Source of the DNA: Perna viridis
Lineage: Eukaryota
NCBI GenBank assembly: GCA_037379345.1
Contig: CM074511.1
Location: forward strand, 70,252,862 to 70,316,861
Direction: 5' to 3'
Length of the DNA stretch: 64,000 nucleotides
The notes beneath the pieces were generated by a model. That model was not told the DNA's origin and did not search any database. It was given only the letters and a program-made list of their open reading frames with translations. Positions within the stretch are counted from its first letter, which is position 1. Each line of letters starts with the position of its first letter. The translations under genes were made by a program, and so were the position numbers. Shown one piece after another: positions 24,301-38,260 of the stretch.

Positions 24301-26120
24301 AAACAAAAAGCTTTATTCAAAATTTGATGTTGAGACTTTTATCGTTTGCAGTCTAATACAGTAAAGGAAGGGAAAACGTTTATTTGTGGAATACTGTTTA
24401 AAGAAGCATTTAGCAAAGTCTACGGAATATAATAATTGCTTTCTTGAAAATATTACATACATGACCAGTATCTTGACAAGTAATGTCCTAGATTTTGACT
24501 TTAGTACAACCTTGAAATTGTTAAGGGATAACAATTTGTTGAAAAACATGGATGTGGCTTCTAAAATTTTAATACAGATTCAATAAAAAGAAATTTTCAA
24601 TTAATGAAATGGTTCTTATGTTGTGGCTAACAAAAGTTTCTGTTCGGTCAAATAACTTGTATTTGTATATGAGTTATTGTCATATTAAGGCCAAAATGAT
24701 GTTTTTAGCTAATATCTCGAAAGCCATAACAGATAGAAGAAACTTTCAAGAAACTTTCAATTGTAGAAATGTTCCTTGTGATAAGATCTATAAATTTTCT
24801 TTTCAGTTTGTATTCCAGCAAGAACTTCCTATATCCTGCTAATAAGACTTACATATGTCTAAAGGGTCAAAGTTGTACAATCACTCCTTTAAAAGTTATT
24901 GGCTTTGAAAATAGAAATTGATGTTTACTATATGTTTAGTTCTGTAGGTCTTAGAAACAATTAATGATACATGTAAACATTTGTTTATTGACTTGGACCT
25001 TAGTAGATGGGATTTCTATAAACTTAATGTTTTGGTTTTTGTTCTGGTTGATATGGCCACCAAATTTCTATTTTTTCACTCAGGTGTGCAACTGTTTTTA
25101 GGCTATAGTTGTTTATTTCAATACAAAAGTAATTGTACCTTGCTCCAACTATAATAAAAGTTGTTATTACTGATATACTTGTATAGGTCTTTGTTATCAA
25201 AAGCAAGATAACAGAAAAAATGTAAATGATAAAAATATATGGAATTTTGAGTGCATGACTTATCATAAGTAAATTAATTATTTTTTTTTGAACATATAGT
25301 AATATTTTGTGGGAAAAAATCTGTGTAAAAGTTGATTTATATTTCAGTGTTATATATGGATTTGAAAGAAGAAATACTGTAGCTTTTTAAATGAAGAACT
25401 CATTTGTTGTATGGGTTGAAGGCAAAGTCAAGGTAAGTTGAAGTAGACACACCTATTTTGTGTCAGTCAAGTTCAATATGTCTTTCTGTGAAGAACAACT
25501 TGAGGTCACACTGTCTCTATATACCAGGTATGTTATTGATACAGAATGACAAGGCGTAATCTGAAACTTCCTTCTTTTATGAATGGCCAAGTATGGGATA
25601 ATATGAAATTTATACATACATGTACAGCTATAAAAAAAAACATGTTTCTGTAAAATGATTTGGAGATAAGTTGTGCTGTATAGATTGACTTATTGTGACT
25701 TAGGTAGCAATACTGACATATGAGTTCATTAATTGAGATTTTTCCATTTGTTTGTAATACCTGACACAAACTGATAGAAAGATGTCAGTATGAAATGAAA
25801 TGATTACATCACTTGTCTCTTCCTTAGGTGTTTTAAAAGCAAAGGTGTTAAGGTGAATATATATTTTTAGGTTTTAAAATGCTTTTAATACCAATGTTAT
25901 TCAAGATCAGGATTATTTTTTAGATAAACGGTAGTACATGTAGCATGAATTTTTTGTTTGTGAAGCCTGAGGCAAATTTAGTATAAGAGTGGTAATTCTT
26001 GTTTATGGGGTGAGATAGTATCAAGAAGGTCATTTATATGATTTAATGCATCTAAGATGTTGAATTTAAATGAAGTCATAGTTAGAAAAAATTTAGTAAC
26101 CATTTGATAACTGATTTGAT

Positions 26121-26205
26121 ATGATAATGTCCCATTGGAATGTCAAGACAGCAGATTTTTATCCAAAGGAAGAAGAGGAGGAAGATGAGATCACCTTCTT
26201 TAAAG
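26121..26205 (+). CDS. Candidate first coding exon MIMSHWNVKTADFYPKEEEEEDEITFFK(G), product unknown
   Basis: ATG-initiated, purine-rich protein-like stretch ending at a strong donor AAG|GTAAGA (phase 1). A possible acceptor cttgtctcttccttag| at 25827 lies upstream. Confidence 0.45.
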
Positions 26206-27011
26206 GTAAGAGAAACTTTATTTATCTGTTACATGTATATTTGTGGCTTCCTGTATTAATGCTTATATTACAACTTAAAATTGTCTTGACAAGAGACACA
26301 TTTGTACTGGTATTTGGTTTTCAAGGTGCATGAATTTTTGACTTCTTCTCCATTCATTCTCTGATCTAAATTAAGTTTATGCATTTTTCTATAGGATCTA
26401 CATTAAAATATGTTCAAAAATGTTGGTATGAAGGAATGTTTAAAATAAAATGCCTTTGATACAGGAAGCTTATTGCATTGTTATGTAGTGTGCTGTGGTC
26501 TCAAATATTTCTGCAGAATTCCCTATAGAGACTGCAGCATTAAAATAGCATTGGCCTTCTAGGTTTTTCATGTTTTTTTTTGTTTTTTCACTTTTGATTG
26601 AGTCTTTAATTAGAGAAAAAACTGGACTGGTTCCTTTAAAAAACTTGTGTTATTGATAATCCAAAACTCTATGCAAGTAGGTGATGTTACAGCTGATATA
26701 TATGGATAGAAGTATCAGTCTACGTGATGTGGTACTTTGCTATATATGATAGGTGAAACAAAACATTTTCATTTAAAAAAAGGTTGAATTTGTTTTGCAT
26801 CATTTAAGATTTAAATGACAAGCGATTATACATATGACTAAGGAGAGGATCTATTGTGTATAGTGTTATCTTTGTACCTAATTAGGATAAGATGGCAAAG
26901 AGGACAGAAGAATACAGAGACTAACAAAGGTAATCTTATTTATCTTGTTAAGTTGTAAGCAACTTCTTGCACTTGTAATATCAGTACTTTATATTTGCAT
27001 ATGATTTGCAT

Positions 27012-27790
27012 AATTATGTCTCCCCCTCCCACTTTGGTGGGGAGAAATATTGTTTTTGGCTTGTCCGTCTGTCCTTGGGATCCATGTGTTGGTGCAACTC
27101 CACTGAAACTACTGAACAGAATTTTATGAAACTTGGTATGTAGCAAGAATGTCATATGTAGTTGTGCATATTGTCGGGAAATTTTGATACCTCAATTTTT
27201 GTAGGAGTTATGCGCCTTTGAACTTAGAAATTTGCCAAAAATCAGCATAAATTACCTTGTCAGCACAACTTCTCTAAAACTACAGGACCGAATTTCACAA
27301 AACTTGGTATGTAGCAAGAACATCATATGTAGTTGTGCAAATTACCAGGAAATTTTGATGCCCTAATTTTTGTAGGAGTTAAGCCCCTTGAACTTAGAAA
27401 TTTGCCGAATTTGCCAAAAGTCCTTATAAATTACCTTTGTCAGTGCAACTCCTCTGAAACTATTGAACCAAATTTTATGAAAATGTGGTATGTAGCAAGA
27501 ACATCATATGTTATTTTGCATATTACCAGGAAATTTTGATCCCCTAATTTTTGCAGGAGTTATGCCCTTTCCAACTTAGAAATTTGGGTGCCCTTTGAAT
27601 TTGTTAAAAATCCACATGATTACCTTGTCAGTTCAAATTCTCTGAAACTACTGAATTGATCAGTACAACTTCTGTGCAGCCTCTTTATAGAATTTTATGA
27701 AGCTGTTCTGTGGACGTGGTGATTACTGTAAGTGGGTCCAGTTTGTGGGACAGGGGAGACATATGTTTTTGCAGACAAAAACAAACTTTA
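27012..27790 (+). mobile_element. Helentron/HINE element with ~170-180 bp internal tandem repeats
   Basis: 5' ttatgtctcccc...ggggaga hairpin, gtccgtctgtcc microsatellite, ~3.5 units (gaaacttggtatgtagcaagaa...ggagttatgccc.ttgaacttagaaatttg), then 3' ggggagacatat plus a gtttttg...caaaaac stem-loop. Confidence 0.88.
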
Positions 27791-28312
27791 ATTTATATTT
27801 ATACTCCATGTAATGTTGCAGATCTTCGCCGTGTTTACCACCATAGCGTCATAGTTCTAGCCTCATACGAGATAAAAATGTACCTCATAGATATCATACA
27901 TGTGTGTTCTATATGTGTTTCTTGCTTGTATGAAAATGGGAAGTTTACGCGAAATGATAGGTTAGCTTCAAACATTACCCAGTTTCTGATTCCGGCACAG
28001 GGGCTCATTACAAGACTATATAGGTCATAAACATTAGCAGGGCCCTGATATCTATGAATATTCATTGCCAGTTGTTTGATTTGGTTCCTTATATGGTTCC
28101 TTGCTCAATATCATAAGCGACCCAAAGATCACTACAATGTTTTTCTTTTAAAAAATATCATACACATATCTATGTGTGTTTTTTTGCTTGTATGAGAAAG
28201 TAAAGTTTACATTAAAAGCTGAAATGATCGGTTAGCATTGAATTTGTCATGTTACCCAGTTTCCCATTCCAACACAGGGGCTTGTTACAATTGACTATAT
28301 ATAGGTCATATA

Positions 28313-28897
28313 TATTATCGCTATTTTGTTTAGAATCCCTTTGATCTTGCTATACGATAATTTTCAATCTTGCGCCAGTCGAGTGAGAATGAAAATTATT
28401 GCTAGTTTCTATGTCCTCGTGTGACATACAAGCAACAGCGTAGGAATATTTGACGACCCAAATAACCATCTGTTTGTTTACTGCGTATGAAATAATGGCT
28501 AATTTGTGGAATATTTTCTAGTCAACAATGGAAAATGATTTAATACAGTAACTTACCCAATCAGAATGAATAAATTCCAAAATAATTCCATAAATTTTAA
28601 ACGCGACCGTAATAGTTAACAGATTTTTTTCAAATGATGTGAATCACAGCTGCACAATATACGTGATGTCACGTAGCACGTCACCAAAAAAATAGTTCCG
28701 AAAGGAAATTTTGCAGCACATTTAAAATTCACATATTTAGTTCAGGAAAACTGAAAATAAAAGAAAACGAATACCTTATAATTCAGCAAAACAGCGATAA
28801 ACAGATAATTAGATATTTTTTCTTGTGGGATTTTCTCATGCTCGACAAGATAAGCATGTGAAACTCCCTCTCGTTGAAAAAATATTAAATAATCTAA
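28313..28897. mobile_element. Insertion with a palindrome near each end (possibly non-autonomous Crypton-type)
   Basis: Interrupts the family A sequence. Hairpins at 28357-28399 and 28813-28885. No clear TSD. Confidence 0.5.
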
Positions 28898-29689
28898 TGT
28901 TATCAGGTCCCTGATATCTATATATAGCCATTGTTTAATCTGTTTTTATGTAATTGAAAACATTCGGGTCATCACAGTTACAAAAGAGTACACAATCATA
29001 TCAAGGTAACCAAGATTTTAGCTGAAGTCATCTGATTTTTGAGCATATGGCATTCATGCCATTCTGGATGTTGAAAGTAAGCCAAAATCAGTGACAGAGA
29101 ATATTTGAAGATTAGCAACTTCGAGGACTTAAGTCGTTGATAATCTTTTATTTAAATTTCAAAGAATTTTCTCAGAGATACTATATTTTGTTATCAGCAT
29201 TCTGGCTGTACCAGTATATAATTTAGATTAATATGGTTAATATAATTTAATTGATAAACTTATTGAAGTGTTAGAAATTATCATTTAAATACTGGTTTTT
29301 ACTGATGGTTATGATGGAAGTACATGCATTGATATATAATTTTTTTTCTCAACATATGCAAAGAATAAATCGTATGACTTTGAAGTGTTAGTTTTAATTA
29401 GTATGTAATATCTAGAAGCTTCATCTTTCACAAAGGATTGTTATTATTTTGAGTTGAACCTTTTGTCCCCTCTTTGGTAAATTGAAACTCCTGGAGGTAC
29501 AGTAGTGCTACTACTGAGTGTAACTTCTTTATCTCCATCCTGTTTATGCTGCAGATTTCTTGACTGAGAAAACAGCAACATTATACCACCGTGGATACAG
29601 TACAAATTATATACTTATGTTAAGTAGAAAACACAGTTTCATCAATTCTCTGACTTGTTATTGTGTTGAACACCCTAATTGCAGTGTTA

Positions 29690-30210
29690 ATTGATATGAT
29701 ACCACTTTAGTACAGAATCAACCCTTCAACATTGCTCTGGGTTGATATGGTAACACTTAAGTACAGATCCCACTCTCCAACATTTCTCGGGTTGATATGG
29801 TAACACTTAAGTGCAGATCCCACTCTCTAATGTTGCTCTAGGTTGATGTGGTAACACTAGTACAGACCCCACTCTTCAACATTGCTCTTGGTTGATATGG
29901 TAACACTAAGTACTGACTCCACTCTCCAACATTGCTTTGGGTTGATATGGTAACATTAAAGTACAGACCCCACTCTCCAGCATTGTTTTGGATTGATATG
30001 GTTACATTAAAGTACATACTTCACTCAAAAACATTGCTCTTGGTTGATGTGGTAACACTTTAGTACAGACCCCACTATCCAATATTGCTTTGAGTTTATA
30101 GGGTAACACTTTAGTAAGTACCCCATTATCCAATATTGCTTTGAGTTTATAGGGTAACACTTTAGTAAGTACCCCAACCTCCAACATTTCTCAGGGTTTA
30201 TATGGTACAC
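29690..30210. repeat. Minisatellite, ~51 bp unit, ~10 copies
   Basis: aacattgctctgggttgatatggtaacacttaagtacagatcccactctcc, period 51 (29728 to 29779). Confidence 0.9.
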
Positions 30211-30784
30211 TTTCCAATATTAATCTGGCAGATTTTATACTGATATCACTTTCCTACATCTTTTTTGCTGTATTAACATCTCAGCAACTTGTTTTACTGA
30301 AGAGAATTTACTTATTGGAGCTGAAATTAATTAACTTGAAGCTATTTACTGTAATTTTTTCATTGTTTGTTCTGTAAATACTTCTTCGCTACTTATTGTA
30401 AACTTGACAAAGAAATGATTTACTTCTAGTGGATATTGATCATCAACATGTTACATGAAATCATAGTTGTCAGTTTTGTTCTGCAGAGGGTGTTAAAACA
30501 TGTTTTCAGGTACAGATATTTGAGATCAGTTACATGTAATAAACCATTTTTTCCTTATTTTATTTCTTATTTCACAAATGAGATATGCTAAGAAAACAAT
30601 CTCTAAGAGAATATTAATCATGAACATGTCTGTTTGCATGTTGTAATAAAATATTTGACAACATACTGTATGATATTCATAATGATATTTTCCATGCACA
30701 TGTTGCATATTTATTGAACAAGTTGTTGTTTCAGAACTTTAATATTTTAGTCTATGGGTTAGTAAGTTATATTTTTTTACTCTA

Positions 30785-31095
30785 CACAGGCAATCTGCCA
30801 CACATGAGAATCATATGGTTTGCATCATTTGATTATCATATAAATTAAGTACCATATGATAATCATATGTTTCGGTATACATATGATCATCGCAATGATT
30901 ATCATATGATAATCATATGTTTCGGTATACATATGATCATCGCAATGATTATCATATGATAATCATATGTTTTTAAGCCAAAATTACCATATGAGAATCA
31001 TATGATAATCATATGACTGTCATATGTTCAATATCATATGATTATCATATGAATCGAGCACCATATGATTATCATATGTGGCACATTTGGCTGTA
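30785..31095. mobile_element. TA-flanked MITE built from palindromic ATCATATGAT repeats
   Basis: cacaggcaatctgccacacatgagaatcatatgg pairs with ccatatgattatcatatgtggcacatttggctgta. TA at 30783-30784 and 31096-31097. Confidence 0.75.
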
Positions 31096-31196
31096 TACAT
31101 GGTAAACATATCTTTATCATGTGAATTTTGAAATTAAAAGTTGACTCCAAAGAATAAGATTATAGATGTTAGACATATTTTTGTTATAAATCAGTT

Positions 31197-31672
31197 AAGT
31201 ATTAAAGTGACCATTCATGTATATAAGTATTAAAGTGACCATTCATGTATATAAGTATTAAAGTGACCATTCATGTATATAAGTATTAAAGTGACCATTC
31301 ATGTATATAAGTATTAAAGTGACCATTCATGTATATAAGTATTAAAGTGACCATTCATGTATATAAGTATTAAAGTGACCATTCATGTATATATGTATTA
31401 AAGTGACCATTCATGTATATAAGTATTAAAGTGACCATTCATGTATATAAGTATTAAAGTGACCATTCATGTATATAAGTATTAAAGTGACCATTCATGT
31501 ATATAAGTATTAAAGTGACCATTCATGTATATAAGTATTAAAGTGACCATTCATGTATATAAGTATTAAAGTGACCATTCATGTATATAAGTATTAAAGT
31601 GACCATTCATGTATATATGTATTAAAGTGACCATTCATGTATATAAGTATTAAAGTGACCATTCATGTATAT
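31197..31672. repeat. Near-perfect 28-bp minisatellite, 17 copies
   Basis: (aagtattaaagtgaccattcatgtatat)x17, with only a recurrent a>t variant. Confidence 0.97.
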
Positions 31673-34600
31673 ATGAAGTCTTGTATAGAACTGTTAGTTT
31701 ATATTATATGATATTAAGCTTTGTTAAAGAGGGAAGATGCTATTTATACTCCAATAATATTTGACTTAGGTGATAATGCACTGCCATTTTAGTACTGTTG
31801 ATGTCTTGACCAACAGATATACATGAGACTTCTTATAAAATAAGCTGTGCGTTTGTGGTTAAAAGTTCAAACAATGACTTCCTTAACTGCACACATGTAC
31901 ATCATTTCCTACAGAACACTTTCGAGCAATTAATTTTTCAAGGTATCTACACATATAGGACACATAGTTTTAAGTTCTTTCCTAATCTGAATTTTATGAT
32001 AGTTTTGTACAATATATCTAAATCAGTAAAATAAAGTTTCATATAAAATATCTTAACGTGTGATTTATACATTATGAATATGTCAAAGCTAAATTTTTAT
32101 TCTTAAAAAATGCAAAAAGTGAAAATATGAATGATAAAGAGCAATAAAAACGAGTAATCTTCTAAGGAATCTGATGTATTTGACTGTGTAACCAGTAAGT
32201 CAACTATCTAGTAAGGAATCATTTCAGTATTATCAGTACATAAATCATTGTGGAAAAACTTACTGAATATGTTCATGACATTATGGTGGTGAATGTTCTG
32301 GTCAGTTTTTTACAAGTTAAACTTGTGATAAAGGGAGATTAATATTTCTAAAATAGTTTCAATTTCTGTAAGAGGTCTGTTTTTGGTCTTGTTCTTTAGA
32401 TAACATGATTTAATACCATGACATTGACATCTTGGAACTGAAGTATTTAGTTTTGTAGGCTAGGGATTAACCTTTACATTACCATATGTACTTAGAACAG
32501 TCATTTGTTACATAGTTAGGTAACAAATGATGATAAATCCATGTCATTAGATGAGGTAGAGGGAACAGTTGTGATGCATATTTGTATATGAAAGAAATGG
32601 CCTGATTGAACTTGTTTGGCTTCTTAAGTTATACTTTACATTTCCTATGGCCATTTCTATGTATATGAAGACACAATGTGGATATATGTCTGTTTATATT
32701 ACAGGTAAATTATACAACTTGATATCAATGTAGATGTATATTGACAATCAGAATTTAAGTTTTTTTTCTCATTGTATCTTTGTGGATAAGTAGGTTTAGG
32801 AGGATGTAACATAATTTGGTCTGTACTTGTGGTCAGTGAACAGTTCTAGTGATCTATTTTTGTAATGAGAAGTACATTTCGTATTGTCTGTTTGCTGATA
32901 AATGAATTCTGAACCATTGTTGTAAGTGAAAAGTGAAATTTTTGGGATTTTTTTCTAGAAAATGAGAATATTTATTTTTGTTTTGTCCTTACTGTATTGT
33001 GATTTAAACATAACAACGATCAACAGATTTTAAAATCTTTTGTATTTTAGTTCATCTGAACCAAATAACCTTTTGGGAATACTTTGAAATTTCAATCCTC
33101 CATTTTCTATTAGGTAAAGCTCTTTCAAGAACAACTAGTAAACTTAAGCAATTAAGCTGAATTTAAAGCTGCATTACCTGTCTTTTTCGTAAATTTTCAT
33201 TTCTTTTAAATTTACCTTAACTTTGAATTATTTCTACTAAATTGTACTTTTCATGTACAATTTCATTTGATACCCACAAATGAAATGCATTAAACACGTG
33301 AAATAGGTGTCTGTATATTTATTGTCTTGCAAGAAAAAGTATGAATATAACGCAAGGATCCATTTTAAATTTACATATTGTGATATAATGCCCGCTCAAA
33401 TATGGTCAGTATTTATTTGAAAGCTAATCAAGAAATTGATGAAATGAAATGAAAACAATACATGTGCTTACCTGCATATCTGTTATTATTATTTTTTTAC
33501 CAAGGTTAAAGTATTTTTAGCCCTGGTGAATGTCCTGTCGGCAATCTTCGGAAGTAGTGGCGAGAAATAATTAGATCAGACCTATCAACCTTCTCTGATT
33601 AAAAAAACGTTGTTTTCACAGTATTCTGTAGGTAACATCAACATTAATTGCTTCAATTGCATTACTACAAACTTATTTCATTGAATCGGCAAAATTCAGT
33701 AGAATCAAAACTGAACAAATTTGGCAGCTAATGCAGCTTAATCTTGATAGAGGTAATGTGGTTTTCAAGTTAGAAAAGGTGGTGAAAAGTATAGGGCACC
33801 TATTGCTTAAATTATTTCTCAACTCAAAAAGATTGTAGAATTTTGATTTTCAACAATTTTTTTTTATTGAGTTCTATTGTACTTGTATATTTTTGTTAAA
33901 ATTTTCAGTTGTCCAGACTTTTATTGACTTTATATCTGGTATTTAGCTTTATCTTGATGGGTGATTGAGTTTCAGGCAGAGTTATGGTCTTTGAACTTGA
34001 TTGTAAATAGGTAAAACATATTTATTTCTGCATTTTTTCTTGATAAGAAGTATTGATATGATGTTTTTAAAAATGATTCACTTATATTGGTGCTAAGTTA
34101 AAACCCTTATTTTATTTCTATTTTCAAGTCTAGTTTACATCTTGTGTACATGAATGGCTGATTTCTGGTTACAATGAGAGATGCTTAAGGATTTTGCATC
34201 AGATATGAAATAGAGTTATTCCCCTTTGCACTGATGCACTATTACTCATGAAAATTAAGAAAAAAATACATGTAATTGATTTTAATTGATTGCTTCATTA
34301 CTTATTTCAAAAGAACTGTATCTCATTAATAACTAGCAGCAATCAACAGGAAACAAGTGAGCAATTTGTGAGTCAAATTTCATCTGAAGCTAATGCATTT
34401 AGCAAGTAATCCGGAAACTAATTTACAAAAGAATATTTCAATTTCAATTTTTAATTAACGATAGAAAGCAACTAATGTGATTGAAGATGTTGTAACTGTA
34501 TAACAACATTAATGGTAATTAGGGAGGGTATTAGTGGGCTTTAGTTGTTGTGCTTGGATAAACTAGGGATATTTTAGAGCTGGTTTGCTAGATTAGAAGG

Positions 34601-35489
34601 AATGTCAATGTAATGAACTGGTTTTGGTTAGTTAGGCCTTTTGGATGTTCCTTAATGAGACAGAAGATATATCTGGTAAACAGTAAGTATGAAGGTGTCC
34701 CCAGGTTCATTTAAATGTTATCATTAATCTATAGACATTAACTCCAACCTATAGACATTAACTCCAACCTATCTGAAGCCTTCAATTAAAAGTTAAGTTC
34801 TAATTACTGTTAAAGTTTTTGATGGAGATTGCTGGGAATTATACATGATAAAAGTACAGGGAAGTCATTCTGCTTTTTACAGTCTTGATTCTGATAATAA
34901 TGTAAGGTTTCAATAATTAAATATTACAAATAAAACTGCTTTGATAATTATTTTTCCCATGCTGAGTCTCTCAAGATGGAGTTTTCTAATTGAAATTTAA
35001 GAGGAAAAGTCAAGAAATATTGACCAACTGTGTCTAGTTGTTTTAGGAGTATTGATCTTGTTGATGTTAATAGGGGTAAAGAAATGAAAATTAATGGTTA
35101 ACAGACCTATTACATTTATATGTTACTAAAATATGGTTATTGTCAAGATGAATTTATAGTGGGATAGATAGATATTGAAACAAAAATTTATCATATGAGG
35201 AATAAATATAGATGTGTGTAGCCAGCTACATGTGTGTGGTCTGAGCCATCTCATCAATCTTCAGTCTTTGCCATTTTGCTTTTGTTGTGTTTGGTTTAAC
35301 CTTGAAAGATAAAACATTTGACAATTGAGTGAATGAGATTAAGTGCTGACATAACATGGAAAAATATTCCTCAGAGTTGGTTTCTTATTATTTTTTCATT
35401 TCAATGATGGTACCTAACTGACTGACAGTCTCAAAAGTGGTATCAAGGCTAACATGGTGCATATGCAGCCAAAAACAAAACGAAGGGCT

Positions 35490-35760
35490 ATGTCCTGGTT
35501 TTACACTGGTATTTTAGACTAAACTCCTGGTCTTAGATTGATGTGGTCTAAGATTGACATTTCAAACTACATCCTGGTCTTAGACTGGTGTTTTGGACTG
35601 CTCATGTTTTTTTAATCTTACCCCCTGGTCTTTTAGACTACCTCATGGTTTTTAAGTTACCTTCTGGTCTTAATTTTCTTAAACTACTTCTTGGTCTTAA
35701 ACCTGTGTTTTTGATTATCTCATGGCCTTAAACTGTTTTTATACTATCTCTTGGTCTAAG
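35490..35760. repeat. Degenerate tandem repeat (cctggtcttagact core)
   Basis: Recurrent c(c/t)tggtctt/tttagact motifs. Confidence 0.55.
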
Positions 35761-37971
35761 TGCTTTAAACAAAGGACTTGAAAAAACTTAATTCTTGGCA
35801 GAGAAATGTAGATGCAAAAGGCCTAAAAAGAACACGATAGTTTCATGTTAAGTTTTTCGATTGACCAAATCCTGACTATTTTATTGTCAATAATTTTGTT
35901 TTGTTCTAAATGAAATTATATTTGTAATATAGTTTAGTTCTAAAGCTATTTAGGGTTCTTTTAATGGGGAAACATGCTATTTTAGGTAATCTTGAAAGAT
36001 TTTCCAGAAATCAATTGTATGTTGACAGATGTAATTGACATTTGAGCTACAAGCTATCTCTCAAACTACTGGTTTTACCAGATGAAAATTTCTGTGCAGT
36101 GACTTCAGCAGTTCTTATCTTGTAAAAGTGCAATGAATGTTCATAACTATCTTGATATTAAATACCACATGAACCTTTATACATCTAGATATGACCAGAT
36201 TTGAATAGACAAATGTTATTTTTTTAGAACAACCTTATGGTAATCTCTTTTGTTAAAATGGGAAATATAAATTTAGTTAAGTTTTATCCGACATAATATT
36301 TTAAATTTTGGCCTTTAAAGGGAAGACATTGGAGTATAATTGCCAGTGTAATGGCAGCATTAGCTCAGGTTGATATGACTAAATAGAGTTTCCTGTAATT
36401 TGTAATGATCAGATTAGAGGATTTATGCTCATTGTAATCAGTTTTTGCGGGAGAATATAATTTATTAACCTAACTTTAACTTCATTTCGAATATTAAGCA
36501 ATTTATGAATTTTATCCTTTAGACTTTAAAACTAATTATTTGTCAAAAATATTTCAATCCTTCATTCTCATTATTGGTTTCTGCCCTGTGAGATGCCTTT
36601 TTGATTTATTTGTTTTTTAAATCAGTGTTAAAGGATTCCACTTTCCCATCACCCAGGGAAGTGCAAATTTGGTATTGGAAAGTTGACTATTATGCCCCAC
36701 TTTCCCTTTGGCGAGTAGAAAGCTTGAATTTTTCAAAGGATTGTTAAGTTTGGAAGGCATACCTTAAGTGTCTTCATTTAGATTTTTCCCATGGAAACCT
36801 AAAATTTAGAAAAATCCTAGAACACTGTTGAAATGGATTATTAATTTTAGCACTATTTTCTGATAGCAATTAGGACAACTTAACCCTCCATCCACTTACA
36901 TTATTGTAACTAGATATAAATCTGTTTGACCATCTGTCAGTCTGGCTACCTATTATGATTCCTAATGATGGAACATGGACAGCTATATTGTTTTGATACC
37001 TCCACCCCTGTTTTGAAATGTGATCATGCTGTTTGTCCTTTGGCCAGTCCATCCTGAGTTTCCAACCATAACTTCTTTCAAAACCACTGAGTGTCATTTC
37101 CTATTTTTTCATTTCCATTTGATTAACTGATGAAAAACATGGACCTGGTCATTTTTTAGAAATGCAACAACACAATTCAACTTTCACAAATTCTTGATCA
37201 GATGATGCCATAAGTTACATACTGCATTTCCATTTGAATGACTTCTTGGTTTTCATGTGTCATGGATTTTGTCTTTTGATGACCAAGTGGTAGTATATTT
37301 TATATAGGGATGTAATATGGTGAGATAAGATATCAAACTTAATGGTCATCAAACTTACTATTTTGGACTTTGTTTATATTTTGCCAATATTTTTCATGAG
37401 TAGGGAGCAGGGATATCCTTTATTAAATGAACACTGTTTTAGTCACTGAGCTTAAAAATGTTTGGAAAAAAACATATTAAAAAAAAAATGAAATTCTAAT
37501 ACTATTGATGAAGGTTCCTTTTGATTGAGTTACTCAGCATTTGAAAAAAGCTCTTTCTGTTGTCACATGAAATATTTTGTTTTAGAATGTTTATATATCA
37601 CATACATGTTTCAACCATATCAAGACTCCCCAAATTTAGTAGAACTACATTTTCACACCTTTGTGACAGAAAGAGATTTCTACTGTTTCAAAGATACATT
37701 AAAGATTAATTTGACTTGATATGATCTCATATAATCAATTTTTCAATTGCTAATACAGTTTTAAATTCATGTCTTTTTATTTGTTCTCTTATTCACAAAT
37801 GCGTTTCTGCATTGTATTGGTTTATTAGAAATATTGAAGATTTGACAATATGATATCTAAATATTTACGACTTTAATTAATATTTAAAATTTATTCATAT
37901 TAAACCGGAAATTCTATTTAAGCAATCAACCTGTCACTGATCTGTATAGAATTCTGTTAAGTGACCTTAGT

Positions 37972-38260
37972 TGTTGTAGATGGTTGCCTTACATGCTGGA
38001 GATTGTTGCCTTACATGCTGTAGATTGTTTCCTTACATGCTTTAGATGGTTGCCTTACATGCTTTGCATTGTTGTTGTACATGCTGTAGATTTTTGCCTT
38101 TCATGCTGTAGATGGTTGCTTTGCATGCTTTAGGTGGTTGTCTTACATATTGTGCATTATTGTTGTACATGCTGTAGATGGTTGCCTTACATGCTGTAGA
38201 TAGTTGCCTTTCATGCTGTAGATTGTTGCTGTGCATGATGTAGATTGTTGCTTTAAATGT
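37972..38260. repeat. Minisatellite, ~22 bp unit
   Basis: tgtagat(g/t)gttgccttacatgc repeated. Confidence 0.88.

Larger units (their letters stand above)
26945..29140 (+). mobile_element. Family A HINE-like element carrying two nested insertions
   Basis: Segments 26945-27011, 27790-28312 and 28898-29140 are collinear with the reverse complement of 9925-10772 and with 50955-51205. Confidence 0.75.

Noticed and set aside
31197-31672. CRISPR-like 28-bp repeats
   Set aside because: The repeats are directly adjacent with no spacers, the context is eukaryotic, and there are no cas genes.
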